The notes beneath the pieces were generated by a model. That model searched no databases. It was given only the letters and a program-made list of their open reading frames with translations, and had not been told where the DNA came from. Shown here piece after piece: positions 1-31,059 of a stretch of 64,000 bases of DNA. The stretch is from Macrostomum lignano. Taxonomy: Eukaryota. The DNA lies in the NCBI GenBank assembly GCA_002269645.1, contig NIVC01000481.1, positions 62,001 through 126,000 of the forward strand. The letters are read 5' to 3'. Both the position numbers and the translations under genes were made by a program. How positions within the stretch are numbered: the first letter of the stretch is position 1; each line of letters starts with the position of its first letter.

Positions 1-332
1 AGAATATCTAGCAACTATATACAATTTTTAACAACCCGATCAAGCATCAGCAGATCCGTCACCTCTTATCTCCTCACTGACCGCTGGTGTTCCCCCCAGA
101 ACAGACAAACATAGCGCAAAAAAATTAAATTTATCTTCTTACGAGCTAAATTCCTAATCTTGCTTTTGCAGCCTTTGCAGCGAGGGTCGGAAGGCTAATT
201 ATAGGTCAAGTGGGCAACCTCTGAGCATAAAGTGCGCACATAAAGAGACGAGAGAGTTTGTCAGTGGGTTGAGCTCGAGCCTAACGCTGCCGCAACAGCA
301 GCAATCGCAGAGCAATTTCGGACACTGCAGAA

Positions 333-335
<3 letters not shown>

Positions 336-378
<43 letters not shown>
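336..378. repeat. (CT)n microsatellite
   Basis: Uninterrupted CT dinucleotide run. Confidence 0.95.
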
Positions 379-379
<1 letters not shown>

Positions 380-679
380 ACTGGCCAAACTTTCGGCACC
401 AAAAGATAAAAACTGCCCCCCACCCCACTGCAGATAGAAAAGTGCAGTTCAGACTGAGTAGGAACTTGGCGCTGGGGAACACATCGAGCTACCATCGGAT
501 TTTGGGGTGCCCCATGCGCAACTGTGTGAGGCTCTCTCTGGTGTGCTGTTGGGAATAACATAACTGCATGTGCTTGAGAGGGGTGGCGGCTGATCTTCAT
601 ATTGGGACATTGGGAATTGGGATTTGGATTTAGCGAATCGGGTCTGGGAATCTGGGGGAGGAAGTTGAAATGGAGGATT

Positions 680-1152
680 TGGGAAATGGGGAATTCGGAT
701 TGGGGAATTCGGATTGGGGAATTCGGATTGGGGAATTCGGATTGGGGAATTCGGATTGGGGAATTTGGATTGGGGAATTCGGATTGGGGAATTTGGATTG
801 GGGAATTCGGATTGGGGAATTCGGATTGAGGAATTCGGATTGGGGAATTCGGATTGGGGAATTCGGATTGGGGAATTCGGATTGGGGAATTCGGATTGGG
901 GAATTCGGATTGGGGAATTCGGATTGGGGAATTCGGATTGGGGAATTCGGATTGGGGAATTCGGATTGGGGAATTCGGATTGGGGAATTCGGATTGGGGA
1001 ATTCGGATTGGGGAATTCAGATTGGGGATCAATTCGGATTGGGGAATTCGGATTCGGGAATTCGGATTCGGGAATTCGGATTCGGGAATTCGGATTCGGG
1101 AATTCGGATTCGGGAATTCGGATTCGGGAATTCGGATTGGGGAATTCGGATT
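680..1152. repeat. 14-bp minisatellite (GGGGAATTCGGATT)n
   Basis: About 33 near-perfect units, each with an EcoRI site; GGG variant units near the 3' end. Confidence 0.95.
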
Positions 1153-1479
1153 TGGAAATTTGGATTGGGAATCGGGAAATGTTGAATCGGGAAATGTGGA
1201 ATCTGGAGATAGGGTATCGGGCAATTGGTAATTTCGACATATTTAAAATCCCGATATTTTAGCATCTGATTGAGACAATATAGACGAAGACCTGCCTTGA
1301 TCACAACGATCCTCAACTGTCTATAGTCAAATTGTCTCTATTTCAAGCATAAATTACTTAATAAAACCTAAATAAGTATATTTTAAGAATTCTAGTTTCC
1401 TAGATATATTCCAATAACCGTTATACTGCTGCTAAGTGTCCAACCCATAAACTGATCCTTTCACTCTGATGCCCAACAG

Positions 1480-19475
<17,996 letters not shown>

Positions 19476-19891
19476 ACAAAAAGGGGTCGAGCTGAACCCG
19501 ACCGACCGACCGAAATGACAGCTGCCGCCGCAGATCCCTGACATGGCACAGACTGAAGTTCAAGAGTTGTTCAGGATATTCTTATTTTGCTTTCATATTA
19601 TCTGTCATCGTCATTTAAGCATGGATGTACATTGTATAATATCATTCAACAGTTTGTATCACGGGTCATTCCTTTAGAAATCATAAATGTACTTTATTTA
19701 TATAATATAAACCTATACATAATATAGAAGGTCATTGTTATTTGTCTAAATGTAATTTTGATGTGAAGATAATGTGATAAAGTGTCTATGTACCTGGTAA
19801 ACCGATTGAACAGATTTCAGGCTTTCAAGTATTCTTTGCTCCTCAGTTTAGCCTGTCTATTCTGTGTTACTTTGCTGTTTCCTTTGAATTC

Positions 19892-19897
19892 AATAAA
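19892..19897 (+). promoter_or_regulatory. Candidate polyadenylation signal for PLC
   Basis: First AATAAA I found, about 420 nt after the stop and just before the (TATC)n array. Confidence 0.35.
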
Positions 19898-19981
19898 TCA
19901 TATTCATATTTTGCAGTGCAGTGACTTCAACACATTTCATTTCAGCCACCGCTTGGTTGTTAGATATTGTCCGTCTTTTAT

Positions 19982-20660
<679 letters not shown>

Positions 20661-21059
20661 GTTGAAGTTGTAACTCGTTCTGCCTCTCACTATTTGCATA
20701 CTCATCAGAGCTTCATCAAGCAGCATTGTAATTTCGTTGTGTTGCTAAACTACATTTCTCTTTTCCAGTGCGCACTTGCAGCGAGAACAGCACCACAAAC
20801 CAGTAACTTCCGGTCCCATCAGCCTCTTTGGTGACCCACAGCGTCACTCTTGATGCTTTGCTCTGCTTAAAAGCGATTTTATGCTAGCAATTTCGCGAGC
20901 AAAGCCGAGCCGCTGATTGCGCTGTCCCAGTTTCCTTTTCGGGGGGTGGCTGCAGCTGCGATTGCCCGCTCCGTTTGTTTTGGGAACTTTGGATCAGAGT
21001 GAAGCCAGTTGAGTTGAGCTGAGTTGAGCAACTTTGCTGTTGATTTGGTGCCTCACGTG

Positions 21060-21350
21060 CTACTCTCTCTACCCTTTTATCTCTACCCTACTCTCTCTAC
21101 CCTACTCTCTCTACCCTACTCTCTCTACCCTACTCTCTCTACCCTTCTCTCTCTACCCTACTCTCTCTACCCTACTCTCTACCCTTCTCTCTACCCTTCT
21201 CTCTACCCTTCTCTCTACCCTTCTCTCTACCCTTCTCTCTACCCTACTCTCTCTACCCTACTCTCTCTACCCTACTCTCTCCTTCCTCCTCTCTCTACTC
21301 TCATCCCTACCCTCCTCTCTCTACCCTACTCTCACTACCCTCCTCTCTCC
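21060..21350. repeat. 14-bp pyrimidine-rich repeat (CTCTCTACCCTACT)n
   Basis: Direct read. Confidence 0.9.
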
Positions 21351-21904
21351 TTTTCTATCTTCCTTTCAATATCGAGTTTCATGCCAAAGTTACTGGCCCA
21401 CCGCCCACGCACTCACAGGTGGTTATAAATCACCTGTGTAACAACCCAGTGTCTATTCACCTGTAATTTATTTCTATCACTGTATAAACTTTATTTCAGT
21501 AATCGCAAACTCTCACTTTTAGCACAACATTTTCTCTTAACTTCCTGTTGGGGTCCCTTCGTGCAGAAACATTTACCAACTACAGGGCAACTCGGTAAAA
21601 AAGTAGTACACACTGCACTTGCTTCAAACTAAACAGCTTTAGCAGGCATCGCAGAAAATCGGCTTATATTTCTTTACTAAATATAATCTAGTATTAATCA
21701 GTTCTCGTTGGTTTTTCACTTCCCTCCTACGTTTAGGCTGAGATAAGTATTACAGTTTTTGAAGCATTCAAATCTTGATAAAAATCTGGCCAATAAACAG
21801 GTGCGAAATTCGTGAGAATGGTTGGCGTAGGCAGTAAACCATTGAGGAAATTTACATCTACTACACTTTATATGCTTAGGTAATTTACAATGTCTTCGGT
21901 CAAA

Positions 21905-22602
21905 ACTTGAAATCTCGTATCCAAGGGATATCTTCGTTGCTAGGGATCTCTAAACCATAACTAATATCTCGTATCCAAAGGAAATCCTCGTTGCTAGGCA
22001 CCTCTAGACCCAAACAAATATCTAGTATCCAAAGGAAATCCTCGTTGCTAGGCACCTCTAGACACAAACTAATATCTCGTATCCAAAGGAAATCCTCGTT
22101 GCTAGGCACCTCTAGACCCAAACAAATATCTAGTATCCAAAGGAAATCCTCGTTGCTAGGCACCTCTAGACACAAACTAATATCTCGTATCCAAGGGAAA
22201 TCCTCGTTGCTAGGCACCTCTAGACCCAAACTAATATCTAGTATCCAAGGGAAATCCTTGTTGCTAGACACATCTAGACACGAACTAATATCTAGTATCC
22301 AAAGGAAATCCTCGTTGCTAGGCACCTCTAGACACAAACTAATATCTCGTATCCAAGGGAAATCCTCGTTGCTAGGCACCTCTAGACCCAAACTAATATC
22401 TAGTATCCAAGGGAAATCCTTGTTGCTAGGCACATCTAGACACGAACTAATATCTAGTATCCAAGGGAAATCCTCGTTGCTAGGCACCTCTAGACACAAA
22501 CTAATAATCTCGTATCCAAGGGAAATCCTCGTTGCTAGGCACATCTAGACACGAACTAATATCTAGTATCCAAGGGAAATCCTCGTTGCTAGGCACCTCT
22601 AG
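21905..22602. repeat. 54-bp minisatellite, about 12-13 units, partly A/B alternating
   Basis: ATATCTCGTATCCAAAGGAAATCCTCGTTGCTAGGCACCTCTAGAC(C/A)CAAAC(A/T)A. Confidence 0.94.
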
Positions 22603-22619
22603 CACAAACTGTCCAACAA

Positions 22620-23114
22620 TCACGGAAGCAAAGAATCCGTTCCCATGTAAAATGAGTCATTCTCCATCGCGGAAGGCTGCTCTCGAACAACCCGGATGTG
22701 AACATTCGACTCCAGTGAGTGCTTTGGTGAAGAGCTGGAGCTGCCGCCGCATCCGCAGCCTCCGCCGCTGCGAGATCGCCCAGATTTTTTTTCAACCTCA
22801 TCTCCGCTCGCTGCAGCATCTTCTTTCGCGGCAGCAGAGTCTGGCGATATTCGACTTTGAGTGTCGTTGTCGGGTTCCTGACTACCTCCTCCGGCACCGC
22901 TAACCCGGATGTTGGCCAGCACCACCTGCTGGTGCTGCTGCAGCTCCCTAGATCGAAGCCGATTCCTGATTCTCTGTCGAGCGGTCTCAACGAACCTGTC
23001 ACCGCTGGTTGTGCTTCGCTTCAGCGGCGAGGTGAGACAGAAAATGAAGAATGAGCAGAAGAAAATAAAGTCCATTGTGAGGACTATGACTGTGAGTAGT
23101 TGGCTCAGATCCAT
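22620..23114 (-). CDS. Hypothetical 164-aa single-pass membrane protein (or last exon of a larger gene)
   Basis: Non-repetitive GC-rich island between two satellites. Hydrophobic N-terminal LLTVIVLTMDFIFFCSFFIFCL followed by a basic, then Ser/Gly/Gln-rich tail, similar in style to neighbouring exons. No family recognised. Confidence 0.5.
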   Translation of the reverse strand: MDLSQLLTVIVLTMDFIFFCSFFIFCLTSPLKRSTTSGDRFVETARQRIRNRLRSRELQQHQQVVLANIRVSGAGGGSQEPDNDTQSRISPDSAAAKEDAAASGDEVEKKSGRSRSGGGCGCGGSSSSSPKHSLESNVHIRVVREQPSAMENDSFYMGTDSLLP

Positions 23115-23271
23115 TCTGAGTTCGGTCTGGGTTTCTGTTGATATTAACTTATCTGAGTAGATTGATGACTGTTGGTATTTGAATCAACCATTTGAGTTAT
23201 GAATGGAGGTTGTGCTGATCTGTAGAGCCATAGACATTTTATTGTTATTATACGTATACAATAATAAATTA

Positions 23272-24303
23272 CGGAGTGTCAGGGGAGGATTTGTGGCGTC
23301 AGAGGGGGATTTGTGGTGTCAGGGGAGGATTTGTCAGTGGAGGATTTGTGGTGTCAGGGGAGGATTTGTCAGTGGAGGATTTGGAGTGTCAGGGGAGGAT
23401 TTTGAGTGTCAGGAGAGGATTTGGAGCGTCAGGGGAGGATTTGTGGTGTCAGGGGAGGATTTGTGGTGTCAGGGGAGGATTTGTGGTGTCAGGGGAGGAT
23501 TTGTGGTGTCAGGGGAGGATTTGTGGTGTCAGGGGAGGATCTGGAGTGTCAGGGGAGGATTTGGAGTGTCAGGGGAGGATTCGTGGTGTCAGTGGAGGAT
23601 CTGGAGTGTCAGGGGAGGATTTGGGATGTCAGGGGAGGATTTGTGGTGTCAGGGGAGGAGTTGTGGTGTCAGTGGAGGATTTGTGGTGTCAGGGGAGGAT
23701 TTGGAGTGTCAGGGGAGGAGTTGTGGTGTCAGTGGAGGATTTGGGATGTCAAGGGAGGATTTGGAGTGTCAAAGGAGGATCTGGAGTGTCAGGGGAGGAG
23801 TTGTGGTGTCAGTGGAGGATTTGGGATGTCAAGGGAGGATTTGGAGTGTCAAAGGAGGATCTGGAGTGTCAGGGGAGGATTTGGAGTGTCAGGGGAGGAT
23901 CTGGAGTGTCAGTGGAGGATACGTGGTGTCAGTGGAGGATCTGGAGTGTCAGGGGAGGATTCGGGATGTCAGGGGAGGATTTGGAGTGTCAGTGGAGGAT
24001 TCGTGATGTCAGTGGAGGATCTGGAGTGTCAGGGGAGGATTTGGAGTGTCAGGGGAGGATCTGGAGTGTCAGGGGAGGATTTGGAGTGTCAGTGGAGGAT
24101 TCGTGGTGTCAGTGGAGGATCTGGAGTGTCAGGGGAGGATTTGGGATGTCAGGGGAGGATTTGGGATGTCAGGGGAGGATTTGGAGTGTCAGGGGAGGAT
24201 TTGGAGTGTCAGGGGAGGATTTGTGGTGTCAGGGGAGGATTTGGGATGTAAGGGGAGGATTTGGAGTGTCAGGGGAGGATTTGGGATGTCAGGGGAGGAT
24301 TTG
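23272..24303. repeat. 20-bp G-rich minisatellite (GTGTCAGGGGAGGATTTGGA)n
   Basis: About 51 units between the minus-strand ORF start and the LRR gene start. Confidence 0.95.
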
Positions 24304-24838
24304 AAGGTTTAGGGAAAAGGCTGGGGTTGGGGTTGGGAAAAAACGGCCTTAGAAGAACAAAGGAGCCGCATAATGTCCCAGATCTAAAGAGTGGTAAAAC
24401 GCGTTTACCTTTGGATTTTACAAAGGCCCTCCATTTATTGCACACAAAGACAAACGCGCGAACAAAGACTTATTCTAACTAACGTATATGCACAAAGCAA
24501 TTAAAATAAATCTAAAACACACCCAAATTCAATCCTCTCTCCCCTCTCTGGTCTTTCGTCTTTTTCCTTTCCTCTTTTTTTCCGGCCAAAAAAGTGGCAC
24601 GAACCAACCGGAGCATACACCGGGGGGGGGGGGTATTTCAACCCCCGCACTGAGTACATCCAAGCCCTTCCCTTCCACTCCAACTTCCAGGTCTCTCACT
24701 GTCTCGTCCAATAAGCTTCGGCCTTAGTCTTTTTCTAGTTTTTCTTTCTAAATAAATGTTCTTGCTTTCACGGAATTCGATTGTGTTGAACTTGTCTGCC
24801 CTTCATTCTCTCCGTGTCTCAGTTATACTAAGCAAGTT

Positions 24839-27800
24839 ATGTTGCACCTTTGTAGTCTAACATACTTTCTACTAATTAATCTATTAATAACGGCTGCATC
24901 GTCAACTGCAATTAGGAAATTTTCCTGGACTTTGCAAACCAACTACGTGAACAGCAGTTTAAGTGGTAGCTGTTGTTATTATTCTGGTAGATTAGTGATT
25001 CGTGTCGGCACTGCAGAATCGGAGACTGTACCAGGTTCACCTGTAGGGAGCCTCGCCGACCTGAGCCGGGTCAGTGTACGAATCAACGGACTGCCTAACT
25101 CAGACCAACTGCCAGCAATTGTGTCGCTTTTGAAGGCTGCCAGGTCTGCAGAGCAGCTAGAATTCACAGGTCCAGTAAGAGTCCTGTATCTGTACCAGCC
25201 TCTGCAGTCATTGCCTAAATTGACTCATCTAAAAGCTGCCTGCACTACTCAGCAAAGCGACTTTGAGCTGATTTCTGAACTAGATAATGCCAAAAATAAA
25301 GCTCTAATTGATGTGGAATTGCATAATTGCATTTGGCGCAATCGTTCGTCTGTTCTGTTGAACAATTTGGCTTCTCTGGTGTCCGCTAAATACAATGGCG
25401 GCCGTCTCGATCAGCTGAGTGTCGGCGAGATCAAAGGATTGCCTAATTTGCGATATCTAATCTTATTGAATTGCGATTTGGTCAGTATAGAAGTTGGCGC
25501 GTTTGATGATTTGCAGGTAAATTCATTTTTTTGTGTTTTCGAATCCGTCCTGTCCTTGGGTGGTTGTCTCTGACCTCTCGTCCTGTCCTTGGGTGGTTGT
25601 TTCTGACCTCTCGTGGTTGTCTCTGACCTCTCGTTCTGTCTTTGAGTGGTTGTCTCTGACCTCTCGTGGCTGTCTCTGACCTCTCGTTCTGTCTTTGAGT
25701 GGTTGTCTCTGACCTCTCGTGGCTGTCTCTGACCTCTCGTTCTGTCTTTGAGTGGTTGTCTCTGACCTCTCGTCCTGTCCAATGGTGGAATTGTTTTTGA
25801 CCTCTCGTCCTGTCCAAGGGTGGGATTGTTTTTGACCCCTCGTCCTGTCCAAGGGTGGATTGTTTTTGACCTCTCGTCCTGTCCAAGGGTGGGATTGTTT
25901 TTGACCTCTCTTCCTGTCTTTGGGTGACAGCCTCTGATCTCTCGTCCTGTCCTTGCGTGGTTGTCTCTGACGTCTCGTCCTGTCTTTGGGTGGTTGTCTC
26001 TGAACTCTCTCGTCCTGTCCAAGGTTGGAACTGTTTTGACCCCTCGTCCTGTCCAAGGATGGTTGTCTCTGACCTTTCGTTCTGTCTTTGGGTGGTTGTC
26101 TCTAATCTCTTGTGATGTCCTTGGGTGGTTGTCTCTGACCTCTCCTGATTTCCTAATTTTTCTTTGAGTGGTTGCCTCGGAAATCTCGTCCTGTCCTTTG
26201 ATGGTTTTCGCTCCTGTCCTTCAGTGAGTCTTAGCAGAATTTTTCAACAGGAAATTTAAAATTTCCCAACTCATAATTTTCCCTCCATTGCAGGCCCTCC
26301 TCCAACTGACTGTCAGCGGAAATCCCAGACTAAAAGTGCTCCCAGCGGGTGTCCTCCGCAACCTGATCAACCTGAGCTCGCTCAGTCTGCGCAGCAACGG
26401 TCTTCAAGACGTGGCTTCAGCTTTCAACGGACTCGGCTTGAAGCTGCTGGAGCGGCTGGACCTCGCCGGAAACGAGCTGAGCTGGCTTCCTGCAGGCACT
26501 TTTCAAGGTCTGGGGCGGCTTCGCACCCTGCGACTGGATGGCAACCCGCTGCTACGGTTGGCTGACAAACCCTGCATAGCACTGTGCTCACTAACCAGCT
26601 TGAGAACGTTGAAGTTTGATGCTAAACTCGGCAAAGAAGATGCAGCAGGTGTTGCAGCAACAATTTGCAACAGGATTGCTTTGAATAGTACGGGAAATGT
26701 GCGATTGCTGATGCAGGCAGGTGTTAGGCCGCAGCCATTGAAGCTCAACTGTCCGCCCGGCAACGGAGTGCTCTGCCGGCAGAAGAGGCTGCTTCAGCCA
26801 CTGCGGGCTGACGGGGCTGAGGTCTGTCTGTGCACCTTGGTTGCCTAATAGTCTAGAGAACTTGTGTTGCATACTACTCTAAGTAGCTTGTACACCCTGA
26901 ATTCTGAATCCTTCAGTGCCCTCTATAAACCCTCTGAACTCTGAATCCTTCAGTGCCCTCTATAAACCTTCTGAACTCTGAATCCTTCAGTACCCTCTAT
27001 AAACCCTCTGAACTCTGAATCCTTCAGTGCCATCTATAAACCTTCTGAACTCTGAATCCTTCAGTGCCCTCTATAAACCTTCTGAACTCTGAATCCTTCA
27101 GTACCCTCTATAAACCCTCTGAACTCTGAATCCTTCAGTGCCATCTATAAACCTTCTGAACTCTGAATCCTTCAGTACCCTCTATAAACCTTCTGAACTC
27201 TGAATCCTTCAGTGCCCTCTATAAACCTTCTGAACTCTGAATCCTTCAGTGCCCTCTATAAACCCTCTGAACTCTGAATCCTTCAGTACCCTCTATAAAC
27301 CCTCTGAACTCTGAATCCTTCAGTGCCCTCTATAAACCCTCTGAACTCTGAATTCTTCAGTGCCCTCTATAAACCTCTAAATTCTGAATCCTTCAGTTCC
27401 CCCTAAACCCTCTGAACTCTGAATCCTTCAGTGCCCTCTATAAACCCTCTGAACTCTGAATCCTTCAGTGCCCTCTATAAACCTCTAAATTCTGAATCCT
27501 TCAGTACCCTCTATAAACCCTCTGAACTCTGAATCCTTCAGTGCCCTCTATAAACCCTCTGAACTCTGAATCCTTCAGTGCCCTCTATAAACCCTCTGAA
27601 CTCTGAATCCTTCAGTGCCCTCTATAAACTTTCTGAGTTCTGAATCCTTCAGTGGCCTCTATAAACCCTCTGAATTCTGAATCCTCTCTCTTCTAGAAGA
27701 AGCAAGAGGAATCTCTGCAACAACAACAAGCGCAAAGCCACCCCAACATGGCTTTGCTGATAATCTTCGGAGCCATCTGCCTCGCCCACCTGGCTGTCAC

Positions 27801-28069
27801 CATCGCCCTCGCCTGCGTCTGTTGGCGCGCAGTTCGCGGAAGACGCCACCAGAACTGGCGCCATCGTCAGGCCGATCAGCTGACCGCGCCAGCCGCCTGC
27901 GTGAAAAACCTGCTGACTAGCGACGAGATTGGCAGTTTCGGCCTCTCCGAGGAAGCGGGCGGAAACGGCGGCGGCGGCCTGACGACGGCGAGCACCTCGT
28001 CGGAGTCTGCGGCCGCTGTCCTCATCAGCTTCCGCTCTCGGGCCAGCGATGCTCGAGCTGGGGAGAAAG
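24839..28069 (+). CDS. Leucine-rich-repeat type I transmembrane protein (signal peptide, LRRs, TM, short tail); exons 24839-25516, 26294-26821, 27697-28069 (or read-through to stop at 28083)
   Basis: Signal peptide MLHLCSLTYFLLINLLITAASS; LRR motifs LPNLRYLILLNCDLVSIEVGAFDDL, LSSLSLRSNGL, LERLDLAGNELSWLPAGTFQGLGRLRTLRLDGNPL; TM ALLIIFGAICLAHLAVTIALACVCW; phase-0 GT-AG junctions fit. The 3' end is uncertain. Confidence 0.85.
25545..26220. repeat. ~33-bp minisatellite (GGTTGTCTCTGACCTCTCGTCCTGTCCTTGGGT)n
   Basis: Fills LRR intron 1. Confidence 0.92.
26895..27685. repeat. 37-bp minisatellite (CTGAACTCTGAATCCTTCAGTGCCCTCTATAAACCCT)n
   Basis: About 21 units filling LRR intron 2 up to the acceptor. 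Confidence 0.95.
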
Positions 28070-28129
28070 GTGAGCGACTCTAAATTAGCCAGTTAAGAGT
28101 ATCTTACTTTTGATCTTAAAAGTTCTGAC

Positions 28130-28608
28130 TCACTGATTCCAAAGTCCTGACATACACTAATCCTAAAATCCTGACACGGATCCCAAAGTCCTGACACACA
28201 CTGATCCCAAAGTCCTGACACACTGATCCCAAAGTCCTGACACACTGATCCCAAAGTCCTGACACACACTGATCCCAGAGTCCTGACACACACTGATCCC
28301 AAAATCCTGACACGGATCCCAAAGTTCTAACACACTGATCCCAAAGTCCTGACATACACTAATCCCAAAGTCCTGACACACACTGATCCTGAAATCCTGA
28401 CACGGATCCCAAAGTTCTAACACACTGATCCCAGAGTCCTGACACGGATCCCAAAGTCCTGACATACGCTGATCCCAAAGTCCTGACATACACTGATCCC
28501 AGAGTCCTGACATACACTAATCCCAAAGTCCTGACATACACTGATCCCAAAGTCCTGACACACACTGATCCCAAAGTCCTGACACACACTAATCCCAAAG
28601 TCCTGACA
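28130..28608. repeat. 20-24-bp minisatellite (TGATCCCAAAGTCCTGACACACAC)n followed by degenerate (TGTC)n to ~28850
   Basis: Direct read. Confidence 0.92.
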
Positions 28609-29274
28609 ATCTGTGACTGTCTCTGTGTCTGTGTCTGTGTCTCTTTCTCTGTATCTGTCTGTTTGTCTGTGTCTGTGGCTGTCTGTGACTGTTTCTGTCT
28701 CAGTATCTGTCGGTGTCTGTGCCTGTTTCGCTGTATCAGTCTGTGTCTCTCTGTGTCTGTGACTGTCTCTGTGTTCGTGTCTGTGTCTTGTCTGTTTCTC
28801 TGTATCTTTCTGTGTCTCTGCGTCTGTGTCTGTCTCAGTGTGTATGTGCAAGTGTATGTGCCTGGCTCCATTTCTCCCACTAGTTTCGGACTAAAATAGA
28901 AAACAGCATTCTTCACTTGCTACTTGCAGCAGTCAAATTAGAGTGAAACGCGTATAAACCTCCATGTTTCAGACTATAAAATCGGTGACGGGATTCATCC
29001 CCGACAGAAAATCTGTTATGAATTTAACGAGGACGCTTGATTGGTTTTTTTGTGTTTCATCTTACCTGTTTTGTGTCAGACAAAATGCTTTTTGTTTTGT
29101 CTGTTTTGACAGTTGTTGCTGGGTCTACAGTAGCTAAAATCGTCCTGAGAATTTTTTAAAGCATAAAACGTTCTGGCGATAATTTTATATTATTTTTTGA
29201 AGCCTTAACATTAAGTTTAAGGTCAATTTTTTCATGAAGTCCCTTGTTCTTTGTCTAATACTAAAGCCTACTGT

Positions 29275-29620
29275 CAGATCCCGAGGTCCCCAATGCGATC
29301 CCAAAGTCCCTAACCTAATCCCAAACTCCCTAATCTGATCCCGAAGTCCCTAATCTAATCTTAAAGTCCCTAATCTGATCCCAATTCCCCTAATCTGATC
29401 TCAGAAGTCCCTAATCGGATCCCAATGTCCCTAATCTGATTTCAAAAGTCCCTAATCTGATCCCAATGTCCCTAATCTGATCCCAAAAGTCCGTAATCTG
29501 ATCCTAATGTCCCTAATCTGATCCTAATGTCCCTAATCTGATTCTAATGTCCCTAATCTGATCCCAATGTCCCTAATCTAATCCCAAAGTCCCTAATCTA
29601 ATCCCAAAGTCCCTAATTGA
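29275..29620. repeat. ~20-bp minisatellite (AATCTGATCCCAAAGTCCCT)n
   Basis: About 17 units; same family as 32726-33525. Confidence 0.92.
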
Positions 29621-30119
29621 ATCATTGATAAATAATACGTAGATTATAATGAAAACTAATATGCAATGCTAATTTTTTAAAAACGTCAATAATTTGTTAC
29701 GTTTTTTCTGCTATTTTTTATTACGCTAATTTCTCATTTTAAAAGATACTGACTATAGTACCCATTCGTACACAATATACATAATAAAATAATATTAAAC
29801 TTATACAAAGCTCTAAGCCGCTACACTTCAACTGTCTCATAATTCAGCTGTTTATCTGAGGAAGATAATATAATTCTAAGTTTGCTTACTTTTAAGGTGC
29901 ATTGGCAATAAAGCTTATGGGCCATTCCCACGGGTATTTGCAGTTGCATGTCTTTACAACATGGTACGTTGGGGCTCAACTTGGTTGGACTCAAATCAGT
30001 GCTGATATCTCTCAAGGCGTAGGGTTTATGATAACAAATTTCTGAATTAGTCACTGGGATTTCTAGTGTGATACTGAATTTCTGAATATCTTTGAATCCT
30101 CTGTTTCAGTTTTTCAGTG

Positions 30120-30390
30120 TTCCTGTGTGTCATCCTGAATGCCTGTGTGTCACTCTAGATCACTGTGTGTCACTCTAGATCCCTATGTGTCACCCGAATC
30201 CCTGTGGGTCACTTTGAATACTTGTGGGTCACTTTGAATACCTGTGTGTCACTTGACTGAATCACTGTGTGTCACTCTAGATCCGTGTGTGTCACTCTAG
30301 ATCCCTGTGTGTCACTCTAGATCCCTATGTGTAATTCTAGATCCCATTGTGTCACTCAGATCCATAGTATGTGTCACTCTAGATCCCTAT
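30120..30390. repeat. 20-bp minisatellite (TGTGTGTCACTCTAGATCCC)n
   Basis: Degenerate tandem units. Confidence 0.85.
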
Positions 30391-31059
30391 GTTTCTCTCT
30401 AAATCTCTGTGTTCCTCTTTTGACCCTCCGTATCACTCTCTGTGCCTCATATACTGCAGTACAAATGTACATGCATGTGTCACTCTATCCCTACATGCAT
30501 GCACATGAGTCTAGTTTGTACCTACCTCTATTTCTGTTCATGCAGCAGATACTGTAATCTTAAGTCTAAATTTCAAACAAAGGAGTCCCAGGCACCGTGG
30601 TAAGTTTTAACATTTTTAGCCCCGCGGGACCCCTGGTTTAAAGATAAAAAACGACGAGAAGTTTAAATCGAGTGCCTTACTGAAGAACAGACCGCATTCT
30701 TATATTTTCGATTTCAGACCGTATTCAAGCTCTGCCATTGGCTGAGAGGCCCTAAAAATAGCCTCAAGAATTAAGCATTTGAGCTAATCCTTTCAATGGC
30801 TGCGACAGCCCCTACCAGCAGCCATTCCCATTGGCCCAAAATCCCAGCTAATGCTTCGCTGATATGACTATAAGAATCCCTTCCGAAACATTTCAATTCA
30901 AGTTTTCCCGTAAGATTTTCTTTTACAGGTGCATTTCTTTTCAATCCGCTATCGTTTCTCAAGCAATTGGTCTTCTAAAACGACCTTCATGTGAGTTGCG
31001 CTTGCTTTGTTATTCATTTTTGTGTCATTTTTCTTCTCACAATCTTACTCCGTGACCTC

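Noticed and set aside
172-204. Possible additional upstream PLC exon (FAARVGRLII), phase-compatible with 1480
   Set aside because: Weak donor (ag|gtcaag) and no recognisable motif; cannot be supported without transcripts
199-1316. Long ORFs on both strands (PNSPIRIPQSEF / GIRIGEFGLGNSD)
   Set aside because: Translations of the 14-bp minisatellite; open in several frames on both strands
28930-28946. Possible tiny last exon of the LRR gene (AVKLE then stop)
   Set aside because: Phase fits the 28069 donor but it is too short to distinguish from chance; read-through to the stop at 28083 is equally possible
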